A stretch of 64,000 bases of DNA, from the NCBI RefSeq assembly GCF_009914755.1, contig NC_060943.1, one strand, 5' to 3'. Within the stretch, counting starts at the first letter, position 1, and each line of letters opens with the position of its first letter. Positions 13,301-25,900 of this stretch are shown piece by piece. The notes under the pieces were generated by a model. It searched no databases and was not told where the DNA came from. It saw only the letters and a list, made by a program, of their open reading frames with translations. The translations under genes and the position numbers were made by a program. Origin of the DNA: the human T2T-CHM13v2.0 reference genome, Homo sapiens.

Positions 13301-16300
13301 TAGAGCAGTTAGGAAACACTCTGTTTGTAAAGTCTGCAAGTGGATATTCAGACCTCCTTGAGGCCTTCGTTGGAAACGGGATTTCTTCATATTATGCTAG
13401 ACAGAAGAATTCTCAGTAACTTCCTTGTGTTGTGTGTATTCAACTCACAGAGTTGAACGATCCTTTACACAGAGCAGACTTGAAACACTCTTTTTGTGGA
13501 ATTTGCAAGTGGAGATTTCAGCCGCTTTGAGGTCAATGGTAGAATAGGAAATATCTTCCTATAGAAACTAGACAGAATGATTCTCAGAAACTCCTTTGTG
13601 ATGTGTGCGTTCAACTCACACAGTTTAACCTTTCTTTTCATAGAGCAGTTAGGAAACACTCTGTTTGTAAAGTCTGCAAGTGGATATTCAGACCTCCTTG
13701 AGGCATTCGTTGGAAACGGGATTTCTTCATATTATGCTAGACAGAAGAATTCTCAGTAACTTCTTGTGGTGTGTGTATTCAACTCACAGAGTTGAACGAT
13801 CCTTTACACAGAGCAGACTTGAAACACTCTTTTTGTGGAATTTGCAAGTGGAGATTTCAGCCGCTTTGAGTTCAATGGTAGAATAGGAAATATCTTCCTG
13901 TAGAAACTAGACAGAATGATTCTCAGAAACTCCTTTGTGATGTGTGCGTTCAACTCACAGAGTTCAACCTTTCTTTTCATAGAGCAGTTGGGAAACACTC
14001 TGTTTGTAAAGTCTGCAAGTGGATATTCACACTTCTTTGAGGCCTTCGTTGGAAGCGGGATTTCTTCATGTTCTGCTAGACAGAAGAATTCTCAGTAACT
14101 GCCTTGTGTTGTGTGTATTCAACTCACAGAGTTGAACGATCCTTTACACAGAGCAGACTTGAAACACTCCTTTTGTGGAATTTGCAAGTGGAGATTTCAG
14201 CCGCTTTGAGGTCAATGGTAGAATAGGAAATATCTTCCTATAGAAACTAGACAGAATGATTCTCAGAAACTCCTTTGTGATGTGTGCGTTCAACTCACAG
14301 AGTTTAACCTTTCTTTTCATAGAGCAGTTAGGAAACACTCTGTTTGTAAAGTCTGCAAGTGGATATTCAGACATCCTTGAGGCTTTCGTTGGAAACGGGA
14401 TTTCTTCATATTCTGCCAGAAAGAAGAATTCTCAGTAACTTCCTTGTGTTGTGTGTATTCAACTCACAGAGTTGAACGATCCTTTACACAGAGCAGACTT
14501 GAAACACTCTTTTTGTGGAATTTGCAAGTGGAGATTTCAGCCGCTTTGAGTTCAATGGTAGAATAGGAAATATCTTCCTATAGAAACTAGACAGAATGAT
14601 TCTCAGAAACTCCTTTGTGATGTGTGCGTTCAACTCACAGAGTTCAACCTTTCTTTTCATAGAGCAGTTGGGAAACACTCTGTTTGTAAAGTCTGCAAGT
14701 GGATATTCAGACTTCTTTGAGGCCTTCGTTGGAAGCGGGATTTCTTCATATTCTGCTAGACAGAAGAATTCTCAGTAACTGCCTTGTGTTGTGTGTATTC
14801 AACTCACAGAGTTGAACGATCCTTTACACAGAGCAGACTTGAAACACTCTTTTTGTGGAATTTGCAAGTGGAGATTTCAGCCGCTTTGAGGTCAATGGTA
14901 GAATAGGAAATATCTTCCTATAGAAACTAGACAGAATGATTCTCAGAAACTCCTTTGTGATGTGTGCGTTCAACTCACAGAGTTTAACCTTTCTTTTCAT
15001 AGAGCAGTTAGGAAACACTCTGTTTGTAAAGTCTGCAAGTGGATATTCAGACCTCCTTGAGGCCTTCGTTGGAAACGGGATTTCTTCATATTATGCTAGA
15101 CAGAAGAATTCTCAGTAACTTCCTTGTGTTGTGTGTATTCAACTCACAGAGTTGAACGATCCTTTACACAGAGCAGACTTGAAACACTCTTTTTGTGGTA
15201 TTTGCAAGTGGAGATTTCAGCCGCTTTGAGGTCAATGGTAGAATAGGAAATATCTTCCTATAGAAACTAGACAGAATGATTCTCAGAAACTCCTTTGTGA
15301 TGTGTGCGTTCAACTCACAGAGTTTAACCTTTCTTTTCATAGAGCAGTTAGGAAACACTCTGTTTGTAAAGTCTGCAAGTGGATATTCAGACATCCTTGA
15401 GGCTTTCGTTGGAAACGGGATTTCTTCATATTCTGCCAGAAAGAAGAATTCTCAGTAACTTCCTTGTGTTGTGTGTATTCAACTCACAGAGTTGAACGAT
15501 CCTTTACACAGAGCAGACTTGAAACACTCTTTTTGTGGAATTTGCAAGTGGAGATTTCAGCCGCTTTGAGGTCAATGGTAGAATAGGAAATATCTTCCTA
15601 TAGAAACTAGACAGAATGATTCTCAGAAACTCCTTTGTGATGTGTGCGTTCAACTCACAGAGTTTAACCTTTCTTTTCATAGAGCAGTTAGGAAACACTC
15701 TGTTTGTAAAGTCTGCAAGTGGATATTCAGACATCCTTGAGGCTTTCGTTGGAAACGGGATTTCTTCATATTCTGCTAGACAGAAGAATTCTCAGTAACT
15801 TCCTTGTGTTGTGTGTATTCAACTCACAGAGTTGAACGATCCTTTACACAGAGCAGACTTGAAACACTCTTTTTGTGGAATTTGCAAGTGGAGATTTCAG
15901 CCGCTTTGAGGTCAATGGTAGAATAGGAAATATCTTCCTATAGAAACTAGACAGAATGATTCTCAGAAACTCCTTTGTGATGTGTGCGTTCAACTCACAG
16001 AGTTTAACCTTTCTTTTCATAGAGCAGTTAGGAAACACTCTGTTTGTAAAGTCTGCAAGTGGATATTCAGACATCCTTGAGGCTTTCGTTGGAAACGGGA
16101 TTTCTTCATATTCTGCTAGAAAGAAGAATTCTCAGTAACTTCCTTGTGTTGTGTGTATTCAACTCACAGAGTTGAACGATCCTTTACACAGAGCAGACTT
16201 GAAACACTCTTTTTGTGGAATTTGCAAGTGGAGATTTCAGCCGCTTTGAGGTCAATGGTAGAATAGGAAATATCTTCCTATAGAAACTAGACAGAATGAT

Positions 16301-19300
16301 TCTCAGAAACTCCTTTGTGATGTGTGCGTTCAACTCACACAGTTTAACCTTTCTTTTCATAGAGCAGTTAGGAAACACTCTGTTTGTAAAGTCTGCAAGT
16401 GGATATTCAGACCTCCTTGAGGCCTTCGTTGGAAACGGGATTTCTTCATATTATGCTAGACAGAAGAATTCTCAGGAACTTCCTTGTGTTGTGTGTATTC
16501 AACTCACAGAGTTGAACGATCCTTTACACAGAGCAGACTTGAAACACTCTTTTTGTGGAATTTGCAAGTGGAGATTTCAGCCGCTTTGAGTTCAATGGTA
16601 GAATAGGAAATATCTTCCTATAGAAAGTACACAGAATGATTCTCAGAAACTGCTTTGTGATGTGTGCGTTCAACTCACAGAGTTCAACCTTTCTTTTCAT
16701 AGAGCAGTTGGGAAACACTCTGTTTGTAAAGTCTGCAAGTGGATATTCAGACTTCTTTGAGGCCTTCGTTGGAAGCGGGATTTCTTCATATTCTGCTAGA
16801 CAGAAGAATTCTCAGTAACTTCCTTGTGTTGTATGTATTCAACTCACAGAGTTGAACGATCCTTTACACAGAGCAGACTTGAAACACTCTTTTTGTGGAA
16901 TTTGCAAGTGGAGATTTCAGCCGCTTTGAGTTCAATGGTAGAATAGGAAATATCTTCCTATAGAAACTAGACAGAATGATTCTCAGAAACTCCTTTGTGA
17001 TGTGTGCGTTCAACTCACAGAGTTCAACCTTTCTTTTCATAGAGCAGTTGGGAAACACTCTGTTTGTAAAGTCTGCAAGTGGATATTCAGACTTCTTTGA
17101 GGCCTTCGTTGGAAGCGGGATTTCTTCATGTTCTGCTAGACAGTAGAATTCTCAGAAACTTCCTTGTGTTGTGTGTTTTCAACTCACAGAGTTGAACGAT
17201 CCTTTACACAGAGCAGACTTGAAACACTCCTTTTGTGGAATTTGCAAGTGGAGATTTCAGCCGCTTTGAGGTCAATGGTAGAATAGGAAATATCTTCCTA
17301 TAGAAACTAGACAGAATGATTCTCAGAAACTCCTTTGTGATGTGTGCGTTCAACTCACAGAGTTCAACCTTTCTTTTCATAGAGCAGTTGGGAAACACTC
17401 TGTTTGTAAAGTCTGCAAGTGGATATTCAGACTTCTTTGAGGCCTTCGTTGGAAGCGGGATTTCTTCATGTTCTGCTAGACAGAAGAATTCTCAGAAACT
17501 TCCTTGTGTTGTGTGTTTTCAACTCACAGAGTTGAACGATCCTTTACACAGAGCAGACTTGAAACACTCCTTTTGTGGAATTTGCAAGTGGAGATTTCAG
17601 CCGCTTTGAGGTCAATGGTAGAATAGGAAATATCTTCCTATAGAAAGTAGACAGAATGATTCTCAGAAACTCCTTTGTGATGTGTGCGTTCAACTCACAG
17701 AGTTTAACCTTTCTTTTCATAGAGCAGTTAGGAAACACTCTGTTTGTAAAGTCTGCAAGTGGATATTCAGACCTCCTTGAGGCCTTCGTTGGAAACAGGA
17801 TTTCTTCATATTCTGCTAGACAGAAGAATTCTCAGTAACTTCCTTGTGTTGTGTGTATTCAACTCACAGAGTTGAATGATCCTTTACACAGAACAGTCTT
17901 GAAACACTCTTTTTGTGGAATTTGCAAGTGGAGATTTCAGCCGCTTTCAGGTCAATGGTAGAATAGGAAATATCTTCCTATAGAAACTAGACAGAATGAT
18001 TCTCAGAAACTCCTTTGTGATGTGTGCGTTCAACTCACAGAGTTCAACCTTTCTTTTCATAGAGCAGTTGGGAAACACTCTGTTTGTAAAGTCTGCAAGT
18101 GGATATTCAGACTTCTTTGAGGCCTTCGTTGGAAGCGGGATTTCTTCATATTCTGCTAGACAGAAGAATTCTCAGTAACTGCCTTGTGTTGTGTGTATTC
18201 AACTCACAGAGTTGAACGATCCTTTACACAGAGCAGACTTGAAACACTCTTTTTGTGGAATTTGCAAGTGGAGATTTCAGCCGCTGTGAGGTCAATGGTA
18301 GAATAGGAAATATCTTCCTATAGAAACTAGACAGAATGATTCTCAGAAACTCCTTTGTGATGTGTGCGTTCAACTCACAGAGTTCAACCTTTCTTTTCAT
18401 AGAGCAGTTGGGAAACACTCTGTTTGTAAAGTCTGCAAGTGGATATTCAGACTTCTTTGAGGCCTTCGTTGGAAGCGGGATTTCTTCATATTCTGCTAGA
18501 CAGAAGAATTCTCAGTAACTGCCTTGTGTTGTGTGTATTCAACTCACAGAGTTGAACGATCCTTTACACAGAGCAGACTTGAAACACTCTTTCTGTGGAA
18601 TTTGCAAGTGGAGATTTCAGCCGCTTTGAGGTCAATGGTAGAATAGGAAATATCTTCCTATAGAAACTAGACAGAATGATTCTCAGAAACTCCTTTGTGA
18701 TGTGTGCGTTCAACTCACAGAGTTTAACCTTTCTTTTCATAGAGCAGTTAGGAAACACTCTGTTTGTAAAGTCTGCAAGTGGATATTCAGACATCCTTGA
18801 GGCTTTCATTGGAAACGGGATTTCTTCATATTCTGCCAGAAAGAAGAATTCTCAGTAACTTCCTTGTGTTGTGTGTATTCAACTCACAGAGTTGAACGAT
18901 CCTTTACACAGAGCAGACTTGAAACACTCTTTTTGTGGAATTTGCAAGTGGAGATTTCAGCCGCTTTGAGGTCAATGGTAGAATAGGAAATATCTTCCTA
19001 TAGAAACTAGACAGAATGATTCTCAGAAACTCCTTTGTGATGTGTGCGTTCAACTCACAGAGTTTAACCTTTCTTTTCATAGAGCAGTTGGGAAACACTC
19101 TGTTTGTAAAGTCTGCAAGTGGATATTCAGACCTCCTTGAGGCCTTCGTTGGAAGCGGGATTTCTTCATGTTCTGCTAGACAGAAGAATTCTCAGAAACT
19201 TCCTTGTGTTGTGTGTTTTCAACTCACAGAGTTGAACGATCCTTTACACAGAGCAGACTTGAAACACTCCTTTTGTGGAATTTGCAAGTGGAGATTTCAG

Positions 19301-20600
19301 CCGCTTTGAGGTCAATGGTAGAAAAGGAAATATCTTCGTATAAAAACTAGACAGAATGATTCTCAGAAACTCCTTTGTGATGTGTGCGTTCAACTCACAG
19401 ATTTTAACCTTTCTTTTCATAGAGCAGTTAGGAAACACTCTGTTTGTAAAGTCTGCAAGTGGATATTCAGACCTCCTTGAGGCCTTCGTTGGAAACGGGA
19501 TTTCTTCATATTATGCTAGACAGAAGAATTCTCAGTAACTTCCTTGTGTTGTGTGTATTCAACTCACAGAGTTGAACGATCCTTTACACAGAGCAGACTT
19601 GAAACACTCTTTTTGTGGAATTTGCAAGTGGAGATTTCAGCCGCTTTGAGGTCAATGGTAGAATAGGAAATATCTTCCTATAGAAACTAGACAGAATGAT
19701 TCTCAGAAACTCCTTTGTGATGTGTGCGTTCAACTCACACAGTTTAACCTTTCTTTTCATAGAGCAGTTAGGAAACACTCTGTTTGTAAAGTCTGCAAGT
19801 GGATATTCAGACCTCCTTGAGGCATTCGTTGGAAACGGGATTTCTTCATATTATGCTAGACAGAAGAATTCTCAGTAACTTCTTGTGGTGTGTGTATTCA
19901 ACTCACAGAGTTGAACGATCCTTTACACAGAGCAGACTTGAAACACTCTTTTTGTGGAATTTGCAAGTGGAGATTTCAGCCGCTTTGAGTTCAATGGTAG
20001 AATAGGAAATATCTTCCTGTAGAAACTAGACAGAATGATTCTCAGAAACTCCTTTGTGATGTGTGCGTTCAACTCACAGAGTTCAACCTTTCTTTTCATA
20101 GAGTAGTTGGGAAACACTCTGTTTGTAAAGTCTGCAAGTGGATATTCACACTTCTTTGAGGCCTTCGTTGGAAGCGGGATTTCTTCATGTTCTGCTAGAC
20201 AGAAGAATTCTCAGTAACTGCCTTGTGTTGTGTGTATTCAACTCACAGAGTTGAACGATCCTTTACACAGAGCAGACTTGAAACACTCCTTTTGTGGAAT
20301 TTGCAAGTGGAGATTTCAGCCGCTTTGAGGTCAATGGTAGAATAGGAAATATCTTCCTATAGAAACTAGACAGAATGATTCTCAGAAACTCCTTTGTGAT
20401 GTGTGCGTTCAACTCACAGAGTTTAACCTTTCTTTTCATAGAGCAGTTAGGAAACACTCTGTTTGTAAAGTCTGCAAGTGGATATTCAGACATCCTTGAG
20501 GCTTTCGTTGGAAACGGGATTTCTTCATATTCTGCCAGAAAGAAGAATTCTCAGTAACTTCCTTGTGTTGTGTGTATTCAACTCACAGAGTTGAACGATC
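7350..20600 (+). repeat. Imperfect tandem duplication, ~7.1-kb copy followed by ~6.1-kb copy
   Basis: The same ordered variants recur at offsets 7139 (7457>14596, 8137>15276, 8477>15616), 5779 (10517>16296, 10857>16636) and 6119 (11877>17996, 13237>19356, 13680>19799). Confidence 0.8.
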
Positions 20601-22980
20601 CTTTACACAGAGCAGACTTGAAACACTCTTTTTGTGGAATTTGCAAGTGGAGATTTCAGCCGCTGTGAGGTCAATGGTAGAATAGGAAATATCTTCCTAT
20701 AGAAACTAGACAGAATGATTCTCAGAAACTCCTTTGTGATGTGTGCGTTCAACTCACAGAGTTCAACCTTTCTTTTCATAGAGCAGTTGGGAAACACTCT
20801 GTTTGTAAAGTCTGCAAGTGGATATTCAGACTTCTTTGAGGCCTTCGTTGGAAGCGGGATTTCTTCATATTCTGCTAGACAGAAGAATTCTCAGTAACTG
20901 CCTTGTGTTGTGTGTATTCAACTCACAGAGTTGAACGATCCTTTACACAGAGCAGACTTGAAACACTCTTTCTGTGGAATTTGCAAGTGGAGATTTCAGC
21001 CGCTTTGAGGTCAATGGTAGAATAGGAAATATCTTCCTATAGAAACTAGACAGAATGATTCTCAGAAACTCCTTTGTGATGTGTGCGTTCAACTCACAGA
21101 GTTTAACCTTTCTTTTCATAGAGCAGTTAGGAAACACTCTGTTTGTAAAGTCTGCAAGTGGATATTCAGACATCCTTGAGGCTTTCATTGGAAACGGGAT
21201 TTCTTCATATTCTGCCAGAAAGAAGAATTCTCAGTAACTTCCTTGTGTTGTGTGTATTCAACTCACAGAGTTGAACGATCCTTTACACAGAGCAGACTTG
21301 AAACACTCTTTTTGTGGAATTTGCAAGTGGAGATTTCAGCCGCTTTGAGGTCAATGGTAGAATAGGAAATATCTTCCTATAGAAACTAGACAGAATGATT
21401 CTCAGAAACTCCTTTGTGATGTGTGCGTTCAACTCACAGAGTTTAACCTTTCTTTTCATAGAGCAGTTGGGAAACACTCTGTTTGTAAAGTCTGCAAGTG
21501 GATATTCAGACCTCCTTGAGGCCTTCGTTGGAAGCGGGATTTCTTCATGTTCTGCTAGACAGAAGAATTCTCAGAAACTTCCTTGTGTTGTGTGTTTTCA
21601 ACTCACAGAGTTGAACGATCCTTTACACAGAGCAGACTTGAAACACTCCTTTTGTGGAATTTGCAAGTGGAGATTTCAGCCGCTTTGAGGTCAATGGTAG
21701 AAAAGGAAATATCTTCGTATAAAAACTAGACAGAATGATTCTCAGAAACTCCTTTGTGATGTGTGCGTTCAACTCACAGATTTTAACCTTTCTTTTCATA
21801 GAGCAGTTAGGAAACACTCTGTTTGTAAAGTCTGCAAGTGGATATTCAGACCTCCTTGAGGCCTTCGTTGGAAACGGGATTTCTTCATATTATGCTAGAC
21901 AGAAGAATTCTCAGTAACTTCCTTGTGTTGTGTGTATTCAACTCACAGAGTTGAACGATCCTTTACACAGAGCAGACTTGAAACACTCTTTTTGTGGAAT
22001 TTGCAAGTGGAGATTTCAGCCGCTTTGAGGTCAATGGTAGAATAGGAAATATCTTCCTATAGAAACTAGACAGAATGATTCTCAGAAACTCCTTTGTGAT
22101 GTGTGCGTTCAACTCACACAGTTTAACCTTTCTTTTCATAGAGCAGTTAGGAAACACTCTGTTTGTAAAGTCTGCAAGTGGATATTCAGACCTCCTTGAG
22201 GCATTCGTTGGAAACGGGATTTCTTCATATTATGCTAGACAGAAGAATTCTCAGTAACTTCTTGTGGTGTGTGTATTCAACTCACAGAGTTGAACGATCC
22301 TTTACACAGAGCAGACTTGAAACACTCTTTTTGTGGAATTTGCAAGTGGAGATTTCAGCCGCTTTGAGTTCAATGGTAGAATAGGAAATATCTTCCTGTA
22401 GAAACTAGACAGAATGATTCTCAGAAACTCCTTTGTGATGTGTGCGTTCAACTCACAGAGTTCAACCTTTCTTTTCATAGAGTAGTTGGGAAACACTCTG
22501 TTTGTAAAGTCTGCAAGTGGATATTCACACTTCTTTGAGGCCTTCGTTGGAAGCGGGATTTCTTCATGTTCTGCTAGACAGAAGAATTCTCAGTAACTGC
22601 CTTGTGTTGTGTGTATTCAACTCACAGAGTTGAACGATCCTTTACACAGAGCAGACTTGAAACACTCCTTTTGTGGAATTTGCAAGTGGAGATTTCAGCC
22701 GCTTTGAGGTCAATGGTAGAATAGGAAATATCTTCCTATAGAAACTAGACAGAATGATTCTCAGAAACTCCTTTGTGATGTGTGCGTTCAACTCACAGAG
22801 TTTAACCTTTCTTTTCATAGAGCAGTTAGGAAACACTCTGTTTGTAAAGTCTGCAAGTGGATATTCAGACATCCTTGAGGCTTTCGTTGGAAACGGGATT
22901 TCTTCATATTCTGCCAGAAAGAAGAATTCTCAGTAACTTCCTTGTGTTGTGTGTATTCAACTCACAGAGTTGAACGATCC
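18200..22980 (+). repeat. Near-perfect tandem duplication of 7 dimers (2379 bp)
   Basis: The alleles CTTTCTGTGG (~18593/~20972), TTTCATTGG (~18808/~21187) and GAGTAGTTGG (~20104/~22483), plus a 1-bp deletion (~19882/~22261), all recur at +2379. Confidence 0.93.
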
Positions 22981-25900
22981 TTTACACAGAGCAGACTTGA
23001 AACACTCTTTTTGTGGAATTTGCAAGTGGAGATTTCAGCCGCTTTGAGGTCAATGGTAGAATAGGAAATATCTTCCTATAGAAACTAGACAGAATGATTC
23101 TCAGAAACTCCTTTGTGATGTGTGCGTTCAACTCACAGAGTTTAACCTTTCTTTTCATAGAGCAGTTGGGAAACACTCTGTTTGTAAAGTCTGCAAGTGG
23201 ATATTCAGACCTCCTTGAGGCCTTCGTTGGAAGCGGGATTTCTTCATGTTCTGCTAGACAGAAGAATTCTCAGAAACTTCCTTGTGTTGTGTGTTTTCAA
23301 CTCACAGAGTTGAACGATCCTTTACACAGAGCAGACTTGAAACACTCCTTTTGTGGAATTTGCAAGTGGAGATTTCAGCCGCTTTGAGGTCAATGGTAGA
23401 AAAGGAAATATCTTCGTATAAAAACTAGACAGAATGATTCTCAGAAACTCCTTTGTGATGTGTGCGTTCAACTCACAGATTTTAACCTTTCTTTTCATAG
23501 AGCAGTTAGGAAACACTCTGTTTGTAAAGTCTGCAAGTGGATATTCAGACCTCCTTGAGGCCTTCGTTGGAAACGGGATTTCTTCATATTATGCTAGACA
23601 GAAGAATTCTCAGTAACTTCCTTGTGTTGTGTGTATTCAACTCACAGAGTTGAACGATCCTTTACACAGAGCAGACTTGAAACACTCTTTTTGTGGAATT
23701 TGCAAGTGGAGATTTCAGCCGCTTTGAGGTCAATGGTAGAATAGGAAATATCTTCCTATAGAAACTAGACAGAATGATTCTCAGAAACTCCTTTGTGATG
23801 TGTGCGTTCAACTCACACAGTTTTACCTTTCTTTTCATAGAGCAGTTAGGAAACACTCTGTTTGTAAAGTCTGCAAGTGGATATTCAGACCTCCTTGAGG
23901 CATTCGTTGGAAACGGGATTTCTTCATATTATGCTAGACAGAAGAATTCTCAGTAACTTCTTGTGGTGTGTGTATTCAACTCACAGAGTTGAACGATCCT
24001 TTACACAGAGCAGACTTGAAACACTCTTTTTGTGGAATTTGCAAGTGGAGATTTCAGCCGCTTTGAGTTCAATGGTAGAATAGGAAATATCTTCCTGTAG
24101 AAACTAGACAGAATGATTCTCAGAAACTCCTTTGTGATGTGTGCGTTCAACTCACAGAGTTCAACCTTTCTTTTCATAGAGCAGTTGGGAAACACTCTGT
24201 TTGTAAAGTCTGCAAGTGGATATTCACACTTCTTTGAGGCCTTCGTTGGAAGCGGGATTTCTTCATGTTCTGCTAGACAGAAGAATTCTCAGTAACTGCC
24301 TTGTGTTGTGTGTATTCAACTCACAGAGTTGAACGATCCTTTACACAGAGCAGACTTGAAACACTCCTTTTGTGGAATTTGCAAGTGGAGATTTCAGCCG
24401 CTTTGAGGTCAATGGTAGAATAGGAAATATCTTCCTATAGAAACTAGACAGAATGATTCTCAGAAACTCCTTTGTGATGTGTGCGTTCAACTCACAGAGT
24501 TTAACCTTTCTTTTCATAGAGCAGTTAGGAAACACTCTGTTTGTAAAGTCTGCAAGTGGATATTCAGACATCCTTGAGGCTTTCGTTGGAAACGGGATTT
24601 CTTCATATTCTGCTAGAAAGAAGAATTCTCAGTAACTTCCTTGTGTTGTGTGTATTCAACTCACAGAGTTGAACGATCCTTTACACAGAGCAGACTTGAA
24701 ACACTCTTTTTGTGGAATTTGCAAGTGGAGATTTCAGCCGCTTTGAGGTCAATGTTAGAATAGGAAATATCTTCCTATAGAAACTAGACAGAATGATTCT
24801 CAGAACCTCCTTTGTGATGTGTGCGTTCAAGTCACAGAGTTTAACCTTTCTTTTCATAGAGCAGTTAGGAAACACTCTGTTTGTAAAGTCTGCAAGTGGA
24901 TATTCAGACATCCTTGAGGCTTTCGTTGGAAACGGGATTTCTTCATATTCTGCTAGAAAGAAGAATTCTCAGTAACTTCCTTGTGTTGTGTGTATTCAAC
25001 TCACAGAGTTGAACGATCCTTTACACAGAGCAGACTTGAAACACTCTTTTTGTGGAATTTGCAAGTGGAGATTTCAGCCGCTTTGAGGTCAATGGTAGAA
25101 TAGGAAATATCTTCCTATAGAAACTAGACAGAATGATTCTCAGAAACTCCTTTGTGATGTGTGCGTTCAACTCACAGAGTTTAACCTTTCTTTTCATAGA
25201 GCAGTTGGGAAACACTCTGTTTGTAAAGTCTGCAAGTGGATATTCAGACCTCCTTGAGGCTTTCGTTGGAAACGGGATTTCTTCATATTCTGCTAGAAAG
25301 AAGAATTCTCAGTAACTTCCTTGTGTTGTGTGTATTCAACTCACAGAGTTGAACGATCCTTTACACAGAGCAGACTTGAAACACTCTTTTTGTGGAATTT
25401 GCAAGTGGAGATTTCAGCCGCTTTGAGGTCAATGGTAGAATAGGAAATATCTTCCTATAGAAACTAGACAGAATGATTCTCAGAAACTCCTTTGTGATGT
25501 GTGCGTTCAACTCACAGAGTTTAACCTTTCTTTTCATAGAGCAGTTAGGAAACACTCTGTTTGTAAAGTCTGCAAGTGGATATTCAGACATCTTTGAGGC
25601 CTTCGTTGGAAACGGGATTTCTTCATGTTCTGCTAGACAGAAGAATTCTCAGAAACTTCCTTGTGTTGTGTGTTTTCAACTCACAGAGTTGAACGATGCT
25701 TTACACAGAGTAGACTTGAAACACTCTTTTTGTGTAATTTGCAAGTGGAGATTTCAGCCGCTTTGAGGTCAATGGTAGAAAAGGAAATATCTTCGTATAA
25801 AAACTAGACAGAATGATTCTCAGAAACTCCTTTGTGATGTGTGCGTTCAACTCACAGAGTTTAACCTTTCTTTTCATAGAGCAGTTAGGAAACACTCTGT

